A DNA stretch of 64,000 nucleotides, from positions 30,196,001 to 30,260,000 of the forward strand of contig NC_045696.1 in the NCBI RefSeq assembly GCF_009834535.1, read 5' to 3'. Shown piece after piece: positions 27,661-40,959 of this stretch. Position 1 is the stretch's first letter. Each line of letters begins with the position of its first letter. Source of the DNA: Camelus ferus. Taxonomy: Eukaryota. The notes beneath the pieces are model-generated. The model was not told the origin of the DNA, made no database searches, and saw only the letters and a list, made by a program, of their open reading frames with translations. The translations under genes were made by a program, and so were the position numbers.

Positions 27661-28899
27661 TTATTATCATTTACATGTTATGGTAGAAGTTATAACACGT
27701 ACCTGTGTCTTACTGGAGGCAACATTAAATTTATACTTTTACTACTTCCTAATCAATATAATGGCCTTCTGCTATCAGTAACTGTTATTGATTTATGATG
27801 TTAATAAAAATAATCACAAATGAAAACTATTAAAATTAAAAACTAGATTTGCAGAAGCAGGAGAAGTAGGAGAAGGAAGAGGAGAAGGAAGGGAAACGGG
27901 AGGGTAAGGAGGAGAAGACAAGAACCAAATGAAAATATGTATGCAATCCATGAGACAACAAGGGAACATAAAACAACAGAATGAAAGCAAAACATCTCAG
28001 TAATTTTAGTAAATGCAAAAAAATACAAATTTCTGGTTTCCTGACTGGTATGACAAAACCATTATATCCCACTGTTGTGTATTTATATAGTTTCTAATTT
28101 AAAAGTAATATGTTATTTGAGAAATAGTTTGGCCACATAGAACAGAAGCAGATATAACATAAACCAGGGCGTTCTCCTTGGTTTCACAGGCTTGAAGTGA
28201 GGCCAAGGACATGCAGTTGTCACACATCTGGAAATCTCAATTGTTATCAGAACTCTTGGTACTTAAATATGATTCTAGAAGGTCTCATACTAAATATCTA
28301 AGTGCTTCCCTTTGAAGGATTGTTTATATCATCCTGTCATGTTTCCTGAAAGAAATTCAGGCGTAATAGGCTGTGTTGTCTTCACAGAGGAAGAAGCAGA
28401 ATCCATGGCTAGTTGATCTTGAAAAAATGCACTGCTTGTGGTTTTCCAGAATCCTGAAAGCCCATTTCTTCACATTCTCTTATTCAGTGACGAATAGAAT
28501 CAAAACCAAATAGAGAAAAATATGATACATCTAAATCAAAGAGGCACAGAAGATTTTAAAAGTGAGAAGTGAAGCAAATGCATACAAACACAAAGCAATA
28601 GATGAAAGAGTAAAACTAGAGGAATTTAAAACAAAAAGTCTTGCATGTTACAAAAATATTTTTATATATTGAAAAATGCATTTCATAAAGAGAATATGAA
28701 TTATAAAGGCTTCATAATGAATAACATTATCAGGTTAATAAAAATAATTGAAGGAATACAAGAAGAAATTTAGAGGAATAGCACAGTAGAATGTAATTTT
28801 AATATAATTTTTGAATCTTGGACACAAAGTAAGCAAAAATAGAGGTATAGCACAATTAATTATACAACAACTAACCAAGAATTTTACATATTCAGGAAT

Positions 28900-29430
28900 C
28901 AGTGTAATATTTAGAAACATAATATACACAGTAAAGTGAAGAAATGCCATTATTTTCCCAACTAGAATTGTGTGAATAAATTTCTGACCACAGTAAAACA
29001 GCTTGAGAAATGAATAATAAATGGTGAATCAAAATGAATGAACAATTTTAGAAATATAGAAAGATATTTTGGGTAGTAAACTGTAATATAAAGTTAATAT
29101 GGAGAAATAGAGTATTAAAAATAATCCAATTTAAAGATATCGAGGCATTTACTCTTCTATATTGTAAAAACAAAATATAACTAGAATGATTTTAAAAATA
29201 GCATATCTAAAAAAAGGATAAGCTACACAGACAAAAATCTCCATAAATGGACATTAGAAAGAACTTATATACGAGATAAGGTTTAGAATTAAACTACTCA
29301 CAATGAACGTCTATTTAATAAATGGTGCTGAGGAACATTTTTAAATGATTAGGGTAAAACTAAAGCAAGATCTCTAAAAATGCTATGCACAAAAAGACAT
29401 ATAAATAATTTTTTAAATGGAAGGATGGAT
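28900..29430 (+). mobile_element. Highly degraded old L1 (L1ME-like) ORF2 fragment
   Basis: ctatttaataaatggtgctga corresponds to the ORF2 motif LFNKWC(W) in A-rich context. Confidence 0.5.
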
Positions 29431-29789
29431 TGTAAGAAGAAAGGAAGAATAAAAGGAAGGAAAACTGAAAGTGATCATCTGAATAATCCTGGTTTTAGAG
29501 AGAGATTATCTAAGTGGATAGTTCCATGGAAATATTTTTATAAATTATTAAGCACATATTTTTTTTCCAAAAACTGTACATTTCTTTCTATTTATATAAG
29601 TAATGAAAGTATCATATATATATTTATCTATTTGTAAATACCTGAAAACCAAGTTCCTTAGTATAAAGAGGTTTCAGTTAATTTTTGCAAAGCAGTGTAT
29701 TGGCCAGAAGGCCCAAGATACAAGCGAATTGTGCGCTCTACATCAAGTGTCTCCTGGGAAATAAAGATTTTAACTGACCCTGTGCTTAC

Positions 29790-32500
29790 AAAGAGACAGC
29801 GGTGCCTTCCAGTTTCCAGTTCCACATGTAAGTGGCTTGGAAGTTGCAACACCATTCAAACAAATAAAAAGATGAACAAACTGAAAAGTCAGCAACTCAT
29901 TTTGAATCCATAAGAGAGGTGTCAATACAGGACAAATTGCTGTCCTCAAGACTGGAGAGATAAGACAGGTGAACGTAGGGAGTCACAGCTTACCTGGAGC
30001 AGACACACACAGTGGAAAGTGGAAATTGCCAAGGGAACTAGTATCCTGGTAGGAAAACCTGAAATGTAATTGACATATTGCTGGAGGCGCAGTGCAGGAA
30101 AGCCTGAGAATTAAGAACTCTGGGGGGACCAAGTCATAGGGCAGCCTTCACATTTTTTAGCATTTAAATACAATTTTAGAACTCAAATAAAATTTGAAAG
30201 GCAGAGCAAACAGAACCAGACATGGCAGGGATGTTGGAAATATACACTGAGTTTTTAAAATAGCTGTGATTAATAACCCAAGGGCACTAATGCATAAAGT
30301 AGACAACATGCAAGAACAGATGGATGGGTAATATAAGCAGGGATTTACAAATCTTAAGGGAAAAAAAATGAAATGCCAGAGATTAAAAATGCTTTACAAT
30401 ACAAATGAAGTATGACTTTGGCTCATCAGTGAGCTAGACATGGCTGAAGAAGGAATTGAGGTGCTTGAAGATATCTCAATGCAAACCTCCAAAACTGAAA
30501 AGCAAAGAAAACAAAAAATATTTATTTAAGGAGAAAATTCAAGAATTGTGGTACAGTTACAAAAGGTGTAAGACACGTAATGGAAATAACAGAAGGGAAA
30601 GAAAGAGAGAAAGGACAGAAGAAACATTCAAAACAATAGTGACTAAGAATTTCACCAAATTAATGTCAGATGCCAATCTTTAAGGAGCTCAGAGAACACT
30701 AAGCAGGATAAATACCAGCAACAACAAAATCAACATCTAGGCATATAACCTTCAAGCTATAGAAGTCAAAGGCAAAGAAAAAATCTTAAAAGAAGCCAGA
30801 GTGGGGAAAAACACTTTACCTATAAAGAAACAAAGGTAAGAATTACATTTGACTCCTCAGCAATCATGCAAGTAAGAAGAGAGTGGAGTGAAATATTTAA
30901 TGTGTTGTGAGAATAAAGCCACCAATTTAGGATTGTGTACTCTGTGCAATTATCCTTCAAAAGTGAAATAGAAATAAAGATTCTCAGACACATAAAAACT
31001 GAGAGAATTTGTTGCCAGTAGACCTGCCTTGCAAGTAAAGGAAATGCTCTAGAAAGAAGGAAAACAATATAGAAACTTGGATTACCATAAAGAAAGGAAG
31101 AACTTTATCAAAGAAGGATAAAGTGAATATAAAGCCAAAACTTCTATTTTTCTTATTCTTCATTGATCTAACAGAAAACAGTTTGCTCAAAATAATAATT
31201 GTAACAATACATTCAATTATGTAACTTAAGTATATATCATATACATAATGTATATTTATGCATGATTATAAATGAATGGCAAGGATGCTATAAGGGATGG
31301 GAGTGAGGGATTGAAGGGAGATATCAGGATTATTTTGTTGTATGAGGTACACACACTACCCATGAATCTATATAGTGTTATACGAAAGAGGACTTAGATT
31401 AGTTGTAAATATGTATTTCAAAATCGAGGGCAACCAATAAAAACAATTAAAAAGAAGTATAACTGATATGCTAAGAAAGGAGAAAAATATAATCATATAA
31501 CAGACACCTACCAAAGAAGATACACAGATGATAAAAAAAGCATATGAAAAGATACTCCACATCATATGTTATCAGGGAAATGCAATTTAAAATGACAGTA
31601 AGATGCATCTACTAGAATGACCAAAGTCTGGAATGCTGACCGTGCCAAGTGCTGACTAAGATGGGGACAACAGGAACTTTCGTACATTGCTGGTGGGAAC
31701 GTAGAATGCAACAACCACTTTGGAAGACAATTTGGTAGTTTCTTACAAAACTAAACATATTCTTACCTTACAGTCAAGCAATCATGCTCCTAGGTATTTA
31801 CCCAAAGGAAATACCCAAGAAAAATTCTTCACTTGGATGTTTACAGCCGGTTTATTCATAATTGCAAAAAACTTGGAAACAACCAAAATGTTCTTCTGTT
31901 GATAAATGGATAAATCAATTGGATGGATAAATAAGTAAAAATATGGTACATCCAGACAATGGAATATTATTCAACACTAACATGAAATGAAAAGACATGG
32001 AAGAACGTTAAATGCATATTAGCAAATGAAAGAAGCCAATATGAAGAGGCTACATACTGTATGATTTTAACTACATGACATTTTGGAAAAGGCAAAACTA
32101 TGGAAACAGTAAAAAGATCAGTAGTTGACAGGGATTTATGGTCTGGGGCAGAGAGGAGGACTGAATAGGTGGAGTACAGAGGATTTTTAGGGCAGTGAAA
32201 ATACTCTGCATGATATCATAATGATGGAAACATGTCATTATACATTTGTCCAAACCCAGAGTGTACAATATGAAAAGTGAACACTAACATAAATGGACTT
32301 TTATAATGTGTCAATTTAGGTTTATCAGTTGTAACAAATGTACTACTCTGGTAGGAGCTGTTGATAATGGAGAATTATGCATGTGCTGGGGCTGGGATAT
32401 ACAGGATATCTCTTTCCTTTATACAGGAAATCTCTTTCCTTTCCTCTCAGTTTCACTGAGAAACTAAAACTTTTCTAAAGTAATAAAGTCTTCAAAAAAT
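29790..32500 (+). mobile_element. L1MC-type element with 5'UTR, ORF1 remnants, large ORF2 deletion and 3'UTR
   Basis: ORF1-like peptides (IQELWYSYKRC; EETFKTIVTKNFTKLM). Abrupt jump at ~31500 to late ORF2 (cagacacctaccaaagaagatacacagatg). L1MC 3' end ctaaagtaataaagtcttcaaaaaa. Confidence 0.85.
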
Positions 32501-34271
32501 AGTAACAGTCGTAGGTATCTTTTTAGGACAAGATGTCAGTAAGGACTTATCTCTATATTGCCTAAAGCTGGACTTATTACTTTGACAAAACATTTTTGGT
32601 TATCGATTTACAAGGCAAGAAATTTCAAGTTTGATGATATAAAATTAAATTTATATCTCATCTTTGAGTTTTAATATTGCAGATAAGCTCACTAAATGTG
32701 TGTTGGCCAAGACAAACTGTTTAATTTGCTACTAGTGATTTGGGGTCTTTGTTTAGCTATAGCTTATGAGTATCAATTAGCGTCAAAGACACAGAAGAAA
32801 GATTAGGTTAAAGCTTAAAAAGTAGTTGCCTATGTATATTTTTTCACATGCCTCAATATGAAACATTAAGCATCAAAATTAATTTACAACACTGATGACA
32901 AACTAGAAATAAATATGTGAAACATATATGGACAAAGGTATATGATTAATAAAATGATCTTATATATCATTAAGCAGTGAAAATTCTTTGGTGGAAATAA
33001 GGACAAAAAAATGAACAAATTACTTAAAATAAAAAAATGCAAAATTTTTTACACCTATTTATTTATGTTCCAGTTGAATTAAATGCAAACATCAATTGTG
33101 GAAGAGGGAGTGGTAAAACCACTTTTCCTAATCTGTGGATGACTTTCTATTGATTTATACATTTTTTACAGGAATGTGATATTATTTGTAAAAATGTTTA
33201 GAAATATTCATGGCCTTCAACTTGAAAATTTTTCTTCCATGGCTCTATACTAAGAACATAATCAGAATCTATTTGTAAGAATATTTGTGACAATTTTCTT
33301 TGCAATAACCAAAAAACAAAAAAAAAAAACCCCCAAAATTATAGAGAGCTTAAGCCTTCTAGACTATATATATATTTATTATATTATAGCAAAAGGATAT
33401 TTATTAATAAAACTACAGCACAAAATTTAATTATAGCATTTATTCATAATCAATAAGTATGCTTTCAAAATGTTTAATGATATAGGAAGATAAGTTGCCA
33501 TAAAGTGTTAAATGAACGTTATAGGATAATAATATGATACTTATGGTGTGATTTTGTTTTAAGAAATACTCTTAAAAATGATTAGGTAACAATTTGTGAA
33601 GAAAATCTGTGGGTCAGTTCATATTCTCTCTGTCTCTTGCTCTCTCATTCTCATTTCAAAGGAATTCAGTGTCTGTTATTTAATAAGTATTTAATAAATT
33701 TCAGATCTGAAAATTTGGACAGGATGGAAAATATGGACACAATGGCCAGACTGAGAGATATATCATAAGGCCAATAATCTTTCTTTCAACAGATTCATTC
33801 CTTAAAGTAAATACTGATGAGGAGGGAGAAATAAAATCAAAAACATTTCTTCAAGAGTTGCCATTGTAGGTGAACACAGAAAATGCACTTAGGGTGAAAA
33901 CTAGGAAACAATGTGAAGAGGCAGAGAAGTGGGAAAGAGGGAGAGATGAAATTTTTTTCTCTCTCTTTTTTTTTTCTTTTTATAACTTAAGTGTTGATTG
34001 CCATGTTTTGCATTTTACTTCTGAACTCCTTTTTAATCTTCTTAATCCTTAGTGATGAGGCTCAGAGCAGGGACTGAAGCCCGGGTCTGTGAGAATCCAA
34101 AGAGGTGTCTTTATACTATACTGCTTTGTGTAGTAACTGGTACCCTTGGCACAGTCTTAGCAGAAGGCCCTTAAAATAACCCATTCATCTTAAGCATTAA
34201 TTTATAATAAAAATAATTCAACTTCTGTTATCCAATACAAAAAATATTCTGTATATGTTTTATCTATGCAC

Positions 34272-35746
34272 TTTTTTTTTTTTATTTAAGTGTGGTCAGT
34301 TACAGTGTGCAACATGTCAATTTCTGGTGTACAGCATAATCTCCCAGTTATGCATATGTGTGTGTGTGTATATATATATTATATATATATAATATATATA
34401 TACTTGTTTTCATATTCTTTTTAATTAAAGGTTATTATAAGATCTTGAATACAGTTCCCTATGCTATACAAAATAAATTAATTTTTAATCTGTTTTTATA
34501 TATAGTGGTTATCATTTGCAAAACTCTAACGCCCAAGTTTATCCCTTCCCACTGCCTTTCCTTGGTAACCATAAGATTGTTTACTATGTCTACAAGTCTG
34601 TTTCTGTTTTGTAGATGAGTTCATTGGTATCCTATTTTTTCTTTTTTCTTTTTAGATTCCATATATGAGTGATATCATATGGTATTTTTCTTCCTCTTTC
34701 TAGCTTACTTCATTTATAATGATCTCCATGTCCATCTATGTTGCTGTAAATGGCATTTTTATGGCTGAGTAGTATTCCATTGTATAAATACACAACTTCT
34801 TTGTCCAGTCATCTGTCAATGGACACTTAGGTTGCTTCTATGTCTTGGCTATTTTAAATAGTGCTGCTGTGAGCACTGGGGTGCATGTATCTTTTCCAAT
34901 TAGAGTTCCCTCTGGATACATGCCCAGGAGTGGGATTGCTGGCTCATATATTAAGTTTAATTTTAGTTTGTTGAGGAATCTCCATACTGTTTTCCATAAT
35001 GGATACACCAAACTACATTCCCACTAGCAGTGTAGGAGGGTTCCCTTTTCTCCACACCCTCTCCAGCATTTATCATTTTTGGACTTTTTCATGATGGCTG
35101 TGCTAACTGGTATGAGGGGATACCTCATTGTAGTTTTGATTTACATTTCTCTGATAATTAGTTATATTGAGCATTTTTTCCTGTGCCTATTGGCCATTTG
35201 TATGTCTTCATTGGAGAATTGCTTGTTTAGGTCTTCTGCCCATTTTTGAACTGGGTTGTTTTGCTTGTTTGTTTTGTTTTGTTTTCAAGTTGTATGAGCT
35301 ATTTATATATTCTGGAAATTAAACCTGTCTCAGGTACATCATTTGCAAATATTTTCTCCCATTCTGTAGGTTGCCATTTTGTTTTGCTTATAGTTTTCTT
35401 CACTGTGCAAAAGCTTGTAAGTTTAATTAATTCCTATTTGTTAATTTTTGCTTTAATTTCTACTGCCCTAGTTGAACATTGCTAAGATTTATGTCAGAGA
35501 ATGTTTTGCCTATGTTTTCTTTTAGGAGGTTTATAGTGACTTGTTTTATAATTAAGTCTTTAAGCCATTTTGGGTTTATTTTTGTGTATGGTGTGAGGGA
35601 GTGTTCTAACTTTGTTGATTTTTAACTTTGTTTGATGTGGATCTCCAGTGTTCCTAACACCGCTTTCTCAAGAGACTTTTCTCCATTGTATATTCTTGCC
35701 TCCTTTGTTGAAGATTAATTGACCATAGGTCTGTGAATTTATTTCT
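34272..35746 (-). mobile_element. Younger 5'-truncated cetartiodactyl-type L1 (~1.5 kb)
   Basis: Poly-T at ~34272-34283, L1 3'UTR and ORF2 end. Perfect direct repeat ttctgtatatgtttta at 34247-34262 and 35743-35758. Confidence 0.93.
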
Positions 35747-37086
35747 GTATATGTTTTAAAATGATGATTCCAATCAAGTCTAATTAAGTAGAGATTTCTA
35801 TATATCAAAATCTTGAAAGAATTTTAGCATTCAAGCAATACAGTCTAAATTTTACAGATATGGAAACTGAATCACAGAGAAGAGTATTCTTTAGTCCCAC
35901 CTCAGAGGCTGTCACTTCCCTTGGTCCTTTATTTATTTTACAAATACTTTACTAAAAATCGGAAATGTGATGAAAGATGGTAAAGACAGAACTGTATTCT
36001 CATGCCAGAATAATACTTTAAAATCGTGTATTTTTCCGGGACAACATAGGCTACTTTTGAAGCTCTCAGCTTGGTCCTAGATTGAACTCTATGCTGTGAT
36101 GCAGACCTATTGGGTAGAAGGAACAAGGTATTACATCCTTGGCCTGCCACGTTGAAAGTGTGGAAAACCAGATGTGCAAGAGATGTATCAGACCAATCCT
36201 GTTTGCCCATGAACACAAAGAAAGAGTAGGAGTAGAGTATTTCTGGACTATATAAGTAAAAAATTAATGCCTAGAAATTATAGAAGGGTCTTTTTTATTT
36301 AAACAAGACATATTAAAAAAAAAAAAAAAGAACAGCTCTATATGCTTAAAATCTATGCCAGCCACAGCCACATATGATATCTTTTTATTCCTTTTTTCTC
36401 AAATTCCCTTTTCTTATGGTATGTTTCCTTCCTAGAAAGGTCCTGAGGCAAAAGTATCCTGAGGCTGTTATCTAGGGAGGAATCAGCTTACAGTGCCTTC
36501 TGCTTTGCTGCTTCACTAAGCTTTGTCCACTGTAAGCATCTGGAACATCTACATTAATACTTATTGTGGCTTAAGAGATACTAGTGGACACATGAAAATG
36601 AAGTCACGTATTTGCTCCTTGTCAAACTGTTTTGTCACTTCTGATCTCCCTAAATGAGAAGTATAGAAAGCAATATTTTGCTCCATAAATAACACAGAAC
36701 AGGGTTAATCAGTTGGTCATCTTTGCAACTACAGGAAACATGTAGTTCAGAGAATATAGAATACAACAATAACTAAGAATTAAAATTAAAATGCAGACCA
36801 AGATGAAGGGGTTCTGTACAATTGCTCCCTGAGAGGATTGTGTTCAGTGCTCCCAGACCTGGTTTTTCTCCTTATGACTGAGCTCCTTTTAATAGAGTAA
36901 CAGATGAGAATCTCATTTATGCTCTATGACATGGTTTTTTTAAATGATGATATAGAAACATTAGCAGCCAACCAATGCTCCACAGGTCTTACTGAGAAAA
37001 TTAGCACTAGACTTTCCAGATTGATGAATATAATTCTCAAGAGTGATCTCAGAGTTTAAAAAAATCTGTTAAGTGTGTAATCTTGG

Positions 37087-37621
37087 TGTTACCGAGTCCA
37101 AACTCATTCTGCTTGTTGCATGACAGGCCAATAAATCAGGAGATGAGGTGTTGGGGCGAGGAATAACTTGACTTTATTTGGAAAGCCAGCAGACTGAGAA
37201 GATGGGGGTTCCAGTTCTCTAGAACTACTGTCCTAGAGAACCATCTTGCCCAAGTCAGAAATCGGACTCCTTTTATACTAAAGAGGGGAAGGGGTGTGGT
37301 TGTTGTTGCAAATTCTTGGTGTTGGAATCCTTTGTTCTTGTAGCTGTCCACCTAGGTCAGGTCATGATGTTCCTGTTCATGTGTAACAGGACAAATATTA
37401 TTCTCTATTCTGCAACTTTTTATCTTCATATGAATGGAAAAGTGTTCTACCCTTAAAGGTCAAAGCCTTGAGAATGGGCTATCCTCTATATTTCAGGCTA
37501 TAGACAACATTCTTTTACAAAAGCTGCCAGACTGGCATGACTAAGCACAGGAAACAGAGCACAGGGATAGAGTGAAAGGAATAGATCTAATACGGAGTCC
37601 AGTTTGTTCTTCCCTGTTACA
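37087..37621 (-). mobile_element. ERV1-type solo LTR (535 bp)
   Basis: TGTTAC...GTTACA termini; TSD TTGG/CTGG (1 mismatch); minus-strand TATAAAA at 37277-37271 and AATAAA at 37178-37173. Confidence 0.88.
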
Positions 37622-38784
37622 CTGGAAAGTAGGAACACATGTTTTTCCTCAAAGAAACAGCTAAGAAAAGCTAAAACCCTGGTTGTATTGAGTGAAACTA
37701 TTGGGCAGCCTAGTCATATCCAGCCCCTTTTTTCTGATAAATGAAGAAACAGAAGGTCAGAGTAGAAGATGCTGATGGAAGTCATCCTGTGAGATGGCAG
37801 CAAAGTAGTAAATGACAGATGATAACCTGTGTAATTCACCAGTCCCAGAGATGAAAGTTATTTCAAGGTCAACATGAAGTAATCTAAGAAATAGTAGTAT
37901 TATTCTACTTTGCTTTAAAAAGGTATTCCTTGTAAAGGATATGTGCTATGAGAATATATAGTATTAGAATTCTGCTAATGGGTGACAAAAGAACAGCTAA
38001 AAGTAACTGCTCACTGAAGTGGGCCATTCATGAGCCCTGCGTTTTACTGGTTTTATGAGATACATTACAAAGCAGGAGTCAAAATTGGGGGACATGTGGA
38101 AGCAAAGGTAGGACAGGAGTAGGGAAATGGGTTTCATCGTCATATGTTCTAACTTTCACAAATAGGAGCAAAATTTCAGAGGCTCGCCCCTTGGACATTC
38201 TCAATCTGACTAAGGCTCACAATAAAGACCATCTAGATTAACCCATGAGTGGATTAGAATTTACATGCACTGAGCCTGTGCACAGTAAGCTGGTGTTCTC
38301 TGTTCTATGGAATCCAGACTGCCTTAGGATAACCATCAAGGGGCATCGAAGAGATGGAAGGAAGAGCTAGTATTTACAATCATAATTCAATTGTGATACA
38401 TGTAGACAACTCTTAAACCCTTTATTTCCTTTAGGACAAAATCTTGTCTACCTCTCCTCTTTTCTCACACAACACTTAAGGCTGTTTGTTGTTTCCTCTC
38501 AATGACAGCCATCATTTTCAGCTGCTTTTGTCTTTTTTATGGACAGTAGGTTTGAGAAGTACACACTATATGCTGGGACTCGTACAGCTTGGAGGCCACA
38601 TGGGTGGAGAGTATAGGAAAGTGAAGAGTAGTTTGAAGATCTGGGGAGTGAATATAACATACTGAGTTGTTTCAGTTTTTATAATAGAATCAAATGAGTA
38701 CTTAGCTCTAAGTGCTCTAGGTTTGCCTAGAAAACTGACTGAAACAGTTAACTTATAAATATTAGAGGAGTGTTAAGTCCAAAG

Positions 38785-39140
38785 CTGTGCAGAAGCTCTG
38801 AAATGTTATCCTATTTTCAAGCTAACAAGTTAGTCTGAGACTGTTTCTCTCCCGGTCCTCTCCCCACCACACATGCACAGAAACCCTAGACCTCTGGATC
38901 AGACAATAGATTTTTTATTTACTCACAGACCAACCTTAGTGGCACCAGATTCCCATACTCCATTTCCCCACAGAGAAGAAAACAAGAGCCAGATGCTACC
39001 AGCAGGTGCGGTAGGCATTGCATCACAGGAGACGAGTCATAAAATAAGGAGACTCAGAGCATACATGGGCGCATCTCCTGCTCCTCCCAGAGAAAGGGAG
39101 AAAGAGAGAGATGCTCTCAAATGTAAAACAGTTCTCTGAG
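38785..39140 (-). mobile_element. Degraded ERVL-type LTR remnant (related to 53.6-54.1 kb)
   Basis: atcctattttcaagctaacaagttag parallels atcttacttgcaagcaaataaattag at ~53625. Confidence 0.4.
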
Positions 39141-40291
39141 GAGCACAAGGAAGTTCTCTACCCTAAAAAGTAAGAAAATGACTCCAGAGCAATACCAATC
39201 TCTAACCTCCAAATCATGCTTGCCGTTTAATTATTCATCCTTGACCATGCAGAAACATGAAAGTTTTCGTGGAGACTAGAGTTATTTCAAAATAAAGAGA
39301 ATTTTCTTGACAGCCTGATTTGAAATGAGTTGGTTCATATGTCAGAGGAAACCAAGAAGTGAAACCAGATAGTAAGCTCTTAGAGGCTAGGAATGCTTTC
39401 TATGTTTATTATCTCTCTTATAACCCAGCCTAGTTTTAGAAGTTGATAATATTGGAATATAGAATCCAGCATACCAGAGAGGCCATATTCCATCTTATCA
39501 ACCAACTCTTATGTTACCATATTTTAAACAAATATGGCTCCTATAATTCAATCACAAAGCCATTTTACTTTGTCTTTCAATATTCTTTTGAAGCTTATTT
39601 ACTTTGGAATATTTACCCACTACCTCTGGGTAAAATCTCATTACTTTCATGTATTTTTCCCTCTAGCATTCTTAAGCAAATATTTTAAGTTTAATAAAAA
39701 TTAATAAAAATAAACTGTAAGTTACAAAGGACAATTTGAACTGCCTACTTAAAATACTCAGTGTGTCCAAATTCATTCAAAGTTACAGCTATTCCTTCTC
39801 CTCTTGTGTAATATGGTTAAACATAGCCATGAGTTGCCCAGGAAAGGGGAATAATTGCCTGCCTTCTTTCTCCCTTATTCACCTTCTCTAAAATTTATCA
39901 ACTGTTTTATTTTCTCTAAAGTGGAAGCTCGAGGAAAGAAGAAAAATAAATGAAATATCAAATATTTTGCTCTATCAAATGGTTTCACAATTGCTGGGTT
40001 GGTCAGAAAAAGGTGAACTGACATTAAGTGGCATTCTTTTTGTGTGTAGGGATGGGGGACTCTTCACAGATATACTATTTCTAAAGATCTCTAAATTACA
40101 TCCATAGGAAACACCCTCTTAATTCAACTGGCTACTTGTGCCTTCCACAGTGCCTAGAAATGTTGAAACTGACTTTACCACTTTTGCCTGTTGTAAAACT
40201 GCTTTGGATGGTCCTATGGAACAGTTTCTAAGGATGATGCCATGCCAGAGTGTTCTTGTGTGTGGTACCTCTCTGATTGACGAACACTTAC

Positions 40292-40731
40292 GGAACGTTT
40301 GGTACGAGAAGTCTTGGAGTGCAGACAGACCCCAGTGTGCTCCTTCTGACTCATCTCTCACCATCAAACTAGTAACTCCTCATTCTTATCCTCAGACATC
40401 TCAGGCCAGTCTGCCTCGGGGACCCTCTGCTTCCTCAAACTGAAGGAGGAAAATAATAAACTCTCTAATTAACTGACTTAAGGTCTTTCTCTCTTAGTAT
40501 GAGGTGAAGAAAAAAGCATTTACCTTCTCTCCCACAGCGTGATGGAGTGGAGTCCTAGGAACTTTGTGCCAAAATATCCTCCATAAAACTTCTGTTTTCC
40601 AACATTCCATCTCATCTATAGCATTAATATGAGTCAGGGGCTGAAGACTGAGTCTGACTACTTCTGTTAGAACATTATGTAAGGCAGTCTCCTTTGGAAT
40701 GTAGAATGTGCTGTCCCCAAGCTTTCAGTCT
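40292..40731 (-). ncRNA. Candidate first two exons of an unannotated minus-strand transcript
   Basis: Donor AAG|gtaaat (exon end 40524), 84-nt intron, acceptor tttattattttcctccttcag| (exon start 40439), second donor CC|gtaagt (exon end 40292). Motif-based prediction only. Confidence 0.3.
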
Positions 40732-40740
40732 AAGCCAAGC

Positions 40741-40766
40741 CAGGAAGTGTCTTATATAACTTCCTG
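40741..40766 (-). promoter_or_regulatory. TATA box (TATATAAG) between two inverted ETS sites
   Basis: caggaagt-gtcttatata-acttcctg. Inr-like TTAGACT follows on the minus strand at ~40733-40727. Confidence 0.4.
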
Positions 40767-40959
40767 TTACCCATACCAGCTCCTCAAAGAGAGACAGCTC
40801 TCGGATTTGTTTGTTACACCACAATATGCTGGGTTTGCAGATAACAGCTAAAACTTACCTATGAACTAACAAGACCAGCACCTCAAATGTACTTGAACAA
40901 TTTTATATTGAAAAATGCAATTTGTAGACACAAGTCCAGGATTCCCTCTGTATGGAAAA

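Noticed and set aside
32399..32442. 22-bp tandem duplication (1 mismatch)
   Set aside because: An ordinary slippage duplication inside an L1 3'UTR.
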